From Acidobacteriota bacterium (GTDB taxonomy: Bacteria; Acidobacteriota; Vicinamibacteria; Vicinamibacterales; CAVVIG01), in assembly GCA_040007095.1 (NCBI GenBank), contig JBDTVS010000058.1, forward strand, positions 15,719 to 79,718: a stretch of DNA of 64,000 nt, in the 5' to 3' direction. The position numbers were made by a program, and so were the translations under genes. Below are positions 44,289 to 51,758 of this stretch, piece after piece. The notes beneath the pieces are model-generated. The model was not told the DNA's origin. It saw nothing but the letters and a program-made list of their open reading frames with translations, and made no database searches. The stretch's first letter is position 1, and every line of letters starts with the position of its first letter.

Positions 44289-44421
44289 GTGAAGAATGAG
44301 CTTTGATCCAGAGGTCGCAAAGAACTCCTCCTGTTCTTGCGTTCTCCAGCAATCTTGCAGCTTTCTAACTTCTGCCTTCTGAGTTTTGAGTTTCAGTTCG
44401 GCGGCGTCTTTTCAGCAGCCG
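44289..44421 (+). repeat. F2 repeat family copy c
   Basis: ..gcaatcttgcagctttctaacttctgccttctgagttttgagtttcagttcggcggcgtcttttcagcagccg aligns with copies a and b. It lies between convergent genes. Confidence 0.6.
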
Positions 44422-44772
44422 TTAGGATGTTGCGGCTTCAGTGGCGGGTCGTCGCCAATCGCGGTATTGCAGGCGGCAGCTGTAGCACCGGTTAAGCGGG
44501 GCCCCGGTCAGCCTGAGCAGCAGGCTGAGGGGATGGCGCGACATCGAATCGATCCGATCGCGCTTCTTCATCCGGTGCACGTTCGGCGTGCCGCAGCGGA
44601 TGCAGTGCGAGTAGCGGGAAAAGGCGAACGTGAGGATGCCGCCGCTGCGCAGGCGCGACCGCTTCAGACGACGGCCGCATTTCCTGCAGCGGAAGACGTC
44701 GGAATAGAGGAGCTTCTGCGCCAGCGTTCGATGCGTCCGCATCATGTGCCTCGCGCAGTCGGGGCATTGCAT
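44422..44772 (-). CDS. Double zinc-ribbon small protein
   Basis: 116 aa from an internal ATG: MQCPDCARH...FRCRKCGRRL...YSHCIRCGTP...NRCYSCRLQY (four CxxC pairs). The longer ORF upstream is Arg/Gly-rich shadow sequence opposite the lipoprotein gene. Confidence 0.5.
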   Translation of the reverse strand: MQCPDCARHMMRTHRTLAQKLLYSDVFRCRKCGRRLKRSRLRSGGILTFAFSRYSHCIRCGTPNVHRMKKRDRIDSMSRHPLSLLLRLTGAPLNRCYSCRLQYRDWRRPATEAATS

Positions 44773-44868
44773 GGCGGCGGAATAATACCTCGGGATCGAC
44801 GCGGCAGACTGCGTGCACGTCGTATTTATTGACGGTCCCTGCGAGCTACACTGGGACGGCCGTAACTC

Positions 44869-45621
44869 ATGCACGCCATTGCGCGATTGTGGTTCGCCAG
44901 TTTCCTCGTATTTACCTGTGCATCGTGTGCCGGCAATTCCGCCGCTGCGCCCACGGCATCGCCGACGCCCACGACTACAACGACCGTCCGCACCACAACG
45001 ACTGTGCCCGCCACGACGACTGTGCCAGCCCCGGTCCCAACGCCTGCACCGACGTCGCCCGGCCCGCTCGCCCTCAGCAGGAGTCTCTGGCAGACAATCA
45101 GCACGCCGCAGAATTTTCCGCTGGCCAACGACGCCAGCGGCAGCTTGACGTTCGACTTCCCGTCGGCGCCCAGCTCGATGGGTTACGTGTACAGCACGCG
45201 CCCTCCCAGCACGATCTCCGGCCGAGTCGTGGTGTCGCTGCAGGTGACGACGACGGGCGCGCCGGTGTTCAACTACGCGGCGCCCGACAACACGTGCGTG
45301 GTGCCCGCGAAGGTGCGACCGTTTTTCTGGGCGCACCAGAACTCGTTTGCAGAGTTCGACCGGTGGTGGGCCAACCCGATTGCCTACCAACTGGCGGGCG
45401 GATCCACGACGATCATCGTGCCGCTCGTCCCGGAACAGTGGTCGAGCGTGAACGGCAAGTTCGGCAATGCCGATGCGGGCGCGCTTGCCGGGTTCCAGGC
45501 CGCGATCAAGTCCGTCAGCAGCCTCGGCCTGACGTTCGGCGGCGGCTGCTTCTTCGGACACGGCGTCGACGTGTCCGGCGGGACTGCCAGATTCGTGCTG
45601 TCAGGCTATAGCCTGGAGTGA
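44869..45621 (+). CDS. Lipoprotein with a Thr/Pro-rich linker, function unknown
   Basis: 250 aa. Lipobox-like 'FLVFTCASCAG', a PT-rich linker (TPTTTTTVRTTTTVPATTTVPAPVPTPAPT), then a globular domain. Confidence 0.6.
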   Translation: MHAIARLWFASFLVFTCASCAGNSAAAPTASPTPTTTTTVRTTTTVPATTTVPAPVPTPAPTSPGPLALSRSLWQTISTPQNFPLANDASGSLTFDFPSAPSSMGYVYSTRPPSTISGRVVVSLQVTTTGAPVFNYAAPDNTCVVPAKVRPFFWAHQNSFAEFDRWWANPIAYQLAGGSTTIIVPLVPEQWSSVNGKFGNADAGALAGFQAAIKSVSSLGLTFGGGCFFGHGVDVSGGTARFVLSGYSLE

Positions 45622-45834
45622 CCAAGTGCGGCTACTGGACTCCCGGCGCCCTGCCGCGGGGGAAGCGCTGCGGCCCACGTTTCACAACAAATTTCTCGGC
45701 AGACGCCTATTCATTTCCTCAGGGAACGGCCAAGCGGCTCTTTGGTACATTGACGTCTTTAAGGCGTTGTTCTTGAGACAGACGCGTGCTACCATGTCGC
45801 CCTAAATCGTCCTAAGCCAAGCTGAGCCTGACTT

Positions 45835-46782
45835 ATGAACTACTTGCTCGACGACGTGGCCAAGATCCTGGCGAAACCGGCGCTGCCGCGGCGGGAGACG
45901 TTCCGTCTCCTTGGTGGCGTACTGGCGGCAGCCTTTGCGAGCCGCTTCGGCATTCAGCCCGTCGCTGCGACGGGATACGGATGCTCGCACCAGCAAACGG
46001 CGGCAGGGATGTTCGATTGCGGAATTGGCAGCGCCCATCAGGCCTGCTGTCCGCCTGGGACGTGCTGTGCGTCCCATGGCAATGTGGCGACGTGCTGCCC
46101 CAGGGGTTCGTGCATCTGCGGCAACGGGTTGTGCGGGTCGTCGACCGGAGGGAATTGTCCGAGCGGGTGCAGCCGCTGTGAAGAAGGTCATCACGACGAT
46201 CAGGATCATTCCGGCGATCATCAGGACGATCACCAGAACGATCCTCACGACAACCATCAGAACGATCCGCACGATAATCACCAGAACGATCCTCACAACA
46301 ACCAACAGAACAATCAACAAAACAACCAGCAGAACAATTCGCACAACAACCAGCAGAACGACCCTCGCAACAACCAACAAAACGATTCTCACAACAGTCA
46401 ACAGAACACTCAGCAGAGTGATCCTCACGACAACCACCCGGATCTGCACCAGGAGCCATCCAAGGACGTCCGCAAGGATGCGCCGAGCGACCTGCACCAA
46501 GATCCGCCCAAGGATGTCCGTCAGGACTCCTACAAGGATGTCCGCAAGGATTCACCCAACGACGTACGCAAGGATCCGCCAAAGGATGTGACATCCAACG
46601 ATCTGCACAAGGATCCGCCTAAGGATGCGCGCCAGGACCCCTACAAGGATCTCCGCAAGGATTCATTCAGCGACAGGCGCAAGGACTCACCCAAGGATGC
46701 GCACCAGGATTCATCCAAGAATGTTCGCAAAGATGCGCCCAAGGACGGCAACGACCACAAGGATGATCAAGGGCGTCATTAG
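45835..46782 (+). CDS. Probable Tat-exported Cys-rich protein with an extreme His/Asp/Asn/Gln and KD-rich repetitive tail
   Basis: 315 aa. 'PRRETFRLLGGVLAAAFA' is Tat-signal-like. A 17-Cys module follows (..CCPPGTCCASHGNVATCCPRGSCICGNGLCG..CPSGCSRC). Then DNHQNDPH-type and KDVRKD(S/P)P-type repeats. Confidence 0.6.
   Translation: MNYLLDDVAKILAKPALPRRETFRLLGGVLAAAFASRFGIQPVAATGYGCSHQQTAAGMFDCGIGSAHQACCPPGTCCASHGNVATCCPRGSCICGNGLCGSSTGGNCPSGCSRCEEGHHDDQDHSGDHQDDHQNDPHDNHQNDPHDNHQNDPHNNQQNNQQNNQQNNSHNNQQNDPRNNQQNDSHNSQQNTQQSDPHDNHPDLHQEPSKDVRKDAPSDLHQDPPKDVRQDSYKDVRKDSPNDVRKDPPKDVTSNDLHKDPPKDARQDPYKDLRKDSFSDRRKDSPKDAHQDSSKNVRKDAPKDGNDHKDDQGRH
46190..46760. repeat. Degenerate in-frame coding tandem repeats (~24-bp units) within the low-complexity protein gene
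   Basis: caccagaacgatcctcacgacaac-type units come first, then aaggatgtccgcaaggattcaccc-type units. The region is visibly AT-richer than its surroundings. Confidence 0.7.
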
Positions 46783-46840
46783 TGGCGCACTGTTCGTCCT
46801 CCGTCTGAAAAGACGTGCTGGGTGCTAAGCTGAGGCCCTC

Positions 46841-49561
46841 ATGGGGCGCTCCGCGCTACTACTTGGCCTGCTGACACTTGCCGTCGGGTACGCCGTTGTC
46901 ACCCATGGTGGCGACGTACCCGACGATTCGTACAGGTCCCTCCTGTTCGTCGGCCTGACCGCCATCGTCGGTGCCCTGACCGTATTCCGCGTCAAACTCT
47001 TTTCAACACCCGAGCGCACCCTCGACATCGCGATCTTTGCTTTTCCCGTCTATGTCGCCTTCCAGCTCGTGCCTCTCCCGTTGGCCTTGCTGCATGTCGT
47101 ATCCCCTGTTCGCGCCGAAGTTACAGAGGCCCTAGGGGGCGTTATGGCGCTCCCGCGTTTTGCACCGCTAACGATCTCACCTGCCACCACGTGGGTGTAT
47201 CTGTCGCGGATTACCGGCTACGCCCTCATCTTTCTTCTCGTGCGTCAGATCGCCCGCAGGTCCAGGTTCAGCGTCTGGACGCCAGCCATCCCCTTGATAG
47301 TCATCGGAGCATTGGAGACGGCGTGGGCGCTGACGTTATCCCAGGTAGAAGGCACGCCGTTCGCCGGCACGTATCAAAGCAGGAACCATTTCGCGGGCCT
47401 GCTCGAGATGATCCTGCCGTTTGCGCTCGCGTACGGCTTCGCTCTTCTTTCTCGTGACCACCGTCGAAGCAGCCTCCCCGGTGTGGCGATCGTCGGTGCG
47501 TTCGTCCTCTTCGCAGCCGCGGCCGCAATGTTCGTCGCCATCACGCTGTCTGTCTCCAAGATGGGACTGTTCTCCTCGCTCGGATCGCTGTTCGTGATGG
47601 GCATCCTGGGAATGCAATGGCGGCCTTCCAAGGGACCCCGGTGGCCGGTGGTCGCGGGACTTGTCGTGCTCGGCCTTTGCGCCATCGTCTTCCTGACGCC
47701 CACCAAGTTCGTGGAGCAGTTCGGAGCAGTCCTTTCGGATCGGACGACGGAGGGACGGCTACCGATTGCGAAAGACACGCTGCGGCTGTTCGCGGCCTAC
47801 CCGATCTTCGGCTGCGGCCTCGGCGCTTTCTATCCGGGGCTGACGCGTTACCAGGTCTCGGGGTTGCACGTCGCCTGGGTGAACGCGCACAACGACTACC
47901 TGCAGCTCCTCTCGGAACTGGGCGTCATCGGATTCCTGATTCCGGCCGTGCTCGTCTGCACCGTGTTCACCCGCAGTGTGCTCACGGCTCTCTCGAGAAG
48001 CGCGTCGGAGACGTGGGAACCCGGTTCCGTCGACCACCGCGAAAGGCGGTTCCTCGGCCTGGGCTGTGCGGGTGGCCTCACGGCGATTCTGATTCACAGC
48101 GCCGGCGACTACAACACCTACGTCCTGTCCAATGCGATGGTGTTGGCGTGGATCATGGGAATCGCGGCAAGCCTTTCTCCCGTCAAGAGGCTCCGTACGC
48201 AACACTCGAGCCTTTCAGCCGCTCTCCTCTCCAGCATTCCCAATGTTCTCCGAGGCGGCGCGCGGGATCCTCGCCGCGTGCCGATCGAGGCCGCTGGTTT
48301 CGGCAGCCGGATTTCTCTAACAGGTTCGTCGCTCGTGCTTGCTCTTGGCGCCATCTTGAGCCTGTATGCAGGGGGCTGGTTGGTGTTCCTCAACTCCTTT
48401 CACGACGACTTGTCGGCTGAACAAAAGTTCTGCCGGTTCGGAATCTGCGACACCGACGCCGCCGTGGCCGTCATACAACGCGAGCACGGCCGCCGCTCCG
48501 ACGAGACGCTGAAAGCCGCTCGATTCCTCGAATACCTGGCGCGCGATCCGGCGTCGCCTTCCCGTTGGGACGATGTGGGCGAGTCGATGCAGAAGGGGGA
48601 CCGAACACTGGCGGCACGCTACAGCTTTGCCAGGTCGGTCGCGCTCGGTCCAAATTCGCCGGCGACGTTGCTGATGGCGGCCGACTTTCACTTCGACATC
48701 GGGGAGACCCGCACCGCGTTCGATTTTCTGTCGCGCACTCTGCGGGTTGGCAGCGACGAGATCGCCAAAGTGGTTGCTATCGATCTCGAGTTCAGAAAGA
48801 TCCCCGTGGGCGAGGCACTGCGCGCGGTCTCGCCAACCCGGAGGTTTTCGCGCATCTATTGGGAGGAACTAAGCAGCGCGGAAACGGATGCGCCGGAGAA
48901 GACGGCCACTCTCTGGGAATGGATGGTGTCACGCGGATACGGTGACGACCAACTGGCGTGCAAGCACACCAACTTCTTGCTGGGTGCCAACCGTCCGGGA
49001 CTCGCCTGGCAGTCCTGGGCGCTCTACGCCGGCGAGCGAAGCAAGGGATATCCGGACACAAATCGGATCTTCAACGGGGACTTCGAATCGGATCCGACTG
49101 GTTGCAGGTTCGACTGGACGATCCAGCCAACGGGCGGAGCGGCGATCGAGTTCGATCGCAGCGTAGCGTATTCAGGCGGGCGTTCGCTGCGGGTTCAGTT
49201 CGACGGGACGGCGAACCCGAGCGACGTGGGAATGGAAGAGGAGGTCGGTCTCGAACCCGGGAGATATCGATTGAGCGGTTACATTCGAACGAAGGAGCTG
49301 TCGACCGACGAGGGAGTGTTTCTCGGCGTTGTCAACGCGGACAAGCGAGCGCCGATCAACGCGGTGACCGAGACATTGCGCGGCACGAATGGGTGGACCC
49401 GGGTCGAAAGCGTGTTCGACGCGCCGTCGGAGGGGGGACTGGTTAGAGTGCTCCTAACTCGAAAGCCCTCGCTGAAGTTCGACAGTTTGCTTCAAGGCAC
49501 GGCCTGGCTTGACCGAGTGAGCATTAGGCCTCAGGGGTTGGAACCGACCACGAAAGAGTGA
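46841..49561 (+). CDS. O-antigen ligase (Wzy_C) family polytopic membrane protein fused to a helical-repeat region and a C-terminal CBM4_9-like carbohydrate-binding domain
   Basis: 906 aa with about 12 TM helices and 'WVNAHNDYLQLLSELGVIGF' (Wzy_C motif). The C-terminal 'NGDFESDP.....W.......IEFD.....SGGRSLRVQFDG' is typical of a CBM/galactose-binding-like fold. Confidence 0.8.
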   Translation: MGRSALLLGLLTLAVGYAVVTHGGDVPDDSYRSLLFVGLTAIVGALTVFRVKLFSTPERTLDIAIFAFPVYVAFQLVPLPLALLHVVSPVRAEVTEALGGVMALPRFAPLTISPATTWVYLSRITGYALIFLLVRQIARRSRFSVWTPAIPLIVIGALETAWALTLSQVEGTPFAGTYQSRNHFAGLLEMILPFALAYGFALLSRDHRRSSLPGVAIVGAFVLFAAAAAMFVAITLSVSKMGLFSSLGSLFVMGILGMQWRPSKGPRWPVVAGLVVLGLCAIVFLTPTKFVEQFGAVLSDRTTEGRLPIAKDTLRLFAAYPIFGCGLGAFYPGLTRYQVSGLHVAWVNAHNDYLQLLSELGVIGFLIPAVLVCTVFTRSVLTALSRSASETWEPGSVDHRERRFLGLGCAGGLTAILIHSAGDYNTYVLSNAMVLAWIMGIAASLSPVKRLRTQHSSLSAALLSSIPNVLRGGARDPRRVPIEAAGFGSRISLTGSSLVLALGAILSLYAGGWLVFLNSFHDDLSAEQKFCRFGICDTDAAVAVIQREHGRRSDETLKAARFLEYLARDPASPSRWDDVGESMQKGDRTLAARYSFARSVALGPNSPATLLMAADFHFDIGETRTAFDFLSRTLRVGSDEIAKVVAIDLEFRKIPVGEALRAVSPTRRFSRIYWEELSSAETDAPEKTATLWEWMVSRGYGDDQLACKHTNFLLGANRPGLAWQSWALYAGERSKGYPDTNRIFNGDFESDPTGCRFDWTIQPTGGAAIEFDRSVAYSGGRSLRVQFDGTANPSDVGMEEEVGLEPGRYRLSGYIRTKELSTDEGVFLGVVNADKRAPINAVTETLRGTNGWTRVESVFDAPSEGGLVRVLLTRKPSLKFDSLLQGTAWLDRVSIRPQGLEPTTKE

Positions 49562-49753
49562 TGGGCGATGGCCGGGCCAGTCGCTCAACGCCATGATCCG
49601 ACCAGCTTGAAGCTCAGCGTGCTCAGCAACCCGCAGTTCACGTGGTAAATCAATCAGCCCTGTCTCGACCGACCTATAATGGGCTGCGCTAATGTGCCTG
49701 AACGGGGTAGACGCAAATGAAGCCGCTGGGATGGCAGATATAGCACTGAACCG

Positions 49754-50686
49754 GTGATGCTGAGTCTAGTCATTCCTGTCTTCAAGAATGAGCGCTCGAT
49801 TCCGGACTTGGTCGAGGCAGTGGGAGAACTTGCCCGCTGTCTGCCTGGCGGTTTCGAGGCGATATTCGTAGACGACGGTGGGCCTGATCGAAGCCGCCAA
49901 CTGCTGGCAAATCTGCTTCCAAGCGCTGGATTTCGAGCGCGGCTCGTCATGCTCTCACGAAACTTCGGGTCGTTCGCGGCAATTCGAGCTGGTCTTGCCG
50001 AGGGTTCCGGTGACTATTTCGCCGTCATGTCTGCAGACCTCCAAGAACCGACGACGATCGTAACTGAGTTCTTGAGGTTGCTTGAAGGGCAAATGCACGA
50101 CGTCGTCGTGGGAACCAGGGAGCAGCGAGTCGATCCGCTGTTGAGCCGGGTGGCATCGAGCTTGTTCTGGCGGATTTACCGGCTCGCGGTTCAACGCGAC
50201 GTGCCCGCGGGTGGTGTCGATGTCTTCGGCTGCACGCGGGCATTTCGAGACGAAGTTCTCGCGCTATCGGAGAGAAATTCGACGCTCGTTGGCCTCATCT
50301 TCTGGTTGGGCTGTCGCCGAGCAGAGATTAAATATTCTCGATTGCCTCGGCGCCACGGCGTAAGTGCGTGGTCCTTTTGGCGAAAGGTACGCTACCTCCT
50401 CGACAGCACGTTCGCCTTTTCCGACCTGCCAATCCGCCTTCTGAGTCTGGCAGGGATATCCGGGATGGGGGTGTCACTGCTTCTTGCGGCGGTCGTCCTT
50501 GCGGCAAGAATCAGGGGCAACGTCCAAGTACCAGGTTACACCGCAACAGTCCTTGTTGTGATGTTCTTCGGCGGACTCAACTCGTTCGGGATCGGTGTCC
50601 TCGGCGAGTACCTTTGGCGGACGTTCGAAAATACGAAGCGTCGACCGGATTATGTCGTGCTCAAAACTGAGAATTACGGAGCATAG
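49754..50686 (+). CDS. Family 2 glycosyltransferase (polyprenyl-phosphate sugar transferase type, GtrB/ArnC-like)
   Basis: 310 aa. 'LSLVIPVFKNE', 'FVDDGGPD', 'RNFGSFAAIRAGL' and 'MSADLQEP', plus two C-terminal TM helices. Confidence 0.85.
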   Translation: MMLSLVIPVFKNERSIPDLVEAVGELARCLPGGFEAIFVDDGGPDRSRQLLANLLPSAGFRARLVMLSRNFGSFAAIRAGLAEGSGDYFAVMSADLQEPTTIVTEFLRLLEGQMHDVVVGTREQRVDPLLSRVASSLFWRIYRLAVQRDVPAGGVDVFGCTRAFRDEVLALSERNSTLVGLIFWLGCRRAEIKYSRLPRRHGVSAWSFWRKVRYLLDSTFAFSDLPIRLLSLAGISGMGVSLLLAAVVLAARIRGNVQVPGYTATVLVVMFFGGLNSFGIGVLGEYLWRTFENTKRRPDYVVLKTENYGA

Positions 50687-50689
50687 ATC

Positions 50690-51676
50690 ATGACGCTTGA
50701 ACGGACGTCCGGTGGCTGGTTCCGGCATCCGGCTGCAATTGTCGAGTCATCACAAATCGGGGAGCGAACGCGCGTATGGGCGTTCGCCCATGTGTTGCCC
50801 GGCGCACGGGTCGGCGCCGACTGCAACATTTGCGACCACGTGTTCGTAGAGAACGAAGTAATAGTGGGCGACCGTGTCACCGTCAAATGTGGTGTGCAGT
50901 TATGGGACGGAGTAACGATTGAGGACGACGTCTTTATTGGCCCAAACGCCACTTTCACGAATGATATCTTCCCTCGCAGTCGGATTCAGCAGAAGAGGCC
51001 TACGCCCACTGTCTTGCGACGTGGTGCTTCGATCGGTGCCAATGCAACTGTCGTTTGTGGCGTGACTATTGGGGCGAACGCAATGGTTGGCTCGGGTGCG
51101 GTAGTTACGCACAATGTCCCGGCTAATGCCATCGTCGTTGGCAATCCCGCGTTCATCCATGGCTACGTTGCCGTTGAGAAGGGGGTTCAGGCGCCAGAGA
51201 CGGCGCTTCCTGTCGAACCTTTCCAGACGCTTGCCGTCGGGGGCGTTACGATGTACCGATTGCCGGAGTTCGCTGACCTTCGGGGCGGCTTGGTAGTAGG
51301 GGAAATCGGCAAGCAGCTGCCGTTTGAGCCGAAGCGTTTCTTTGTGGTACACGCCGTCCCTACCCGCCAAGCACGCGGCGAGCATGCACACCGAAACATT
51401 CACCAGTTTATTGTGTGCCTACACGGCGAATGCTCCGTTGTCATCGACGACGGGTTCGCACGCCAAGAAATTCGGCTATCCGAGTTGTGTGTCGGCGTCC
51501 ACGTCCCGCCCATGGTGTGGGCGGTCCAGTACAAGTTCTCGCCGGATGCACTGGTTCTTGTCTTGGCGTCGGGCATTTACGACGCTGCGGAGTACGTCCG
51601 CGATTACGACGAGTTTATCGCACTTGCCACTGATAGCCGAGTAAGGGGGATGGAGAATACAGATTCTGCCCGATGA
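50690..51676 (+). CDS. WxcM-like bifunctional protein: N-terminal hexapeptide-repeat acetyltransferase plus C-terminal FdtA-type sugar 3,4-ketoisomerase (cupin)
   Basis: 328 aa. LbH repeats (..IGERTRVWAFAHVLPGARVGADCNICDHVFVENEVIVGDRVTV..). The C-terminal 'DLRGGL.V.E....LPFEPKRFF.V..VP....RGEHAH' is the FdtA/WxcM C-terminal pattern. Confidence 0.8.
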   Translation: MTLERTSGGWFRHPAAIVESSQIGERTRVWAFAHVLPGARVGADCNICDHVFVENEVIVGDRVTVKCGVQLWDGVTIEDDVFIGPNATFTNDIFPRSRIQQKRPTPTVLRRGASIGANATVVCGVTIGANAMVGSGAVVTHNVPANAIVVGNPAFIHGYVAVEKGVQAPETALPVEPFQTLAVGGVTMYRLPEFADLRGGLVVGEIGKQLPFEPKRFFVVHAVPTRQARGEHAHRNIHQFIVCLHGECSVVIDDGFARQEIRLSELCVGVHVPPMVWAVQYKFSPDALVLVLASGIYDAAEYVRDYDEFIALATDSRVRGMENTDSAR

Positions 51677-51758
51677 GACGCAGGAATTCCGGATCAGACT
51701 GAAGACGAGAGCGCTCGCCGGGGCCTCACCGTTCCTCGCGATCGAGCAGGCATAGCAG

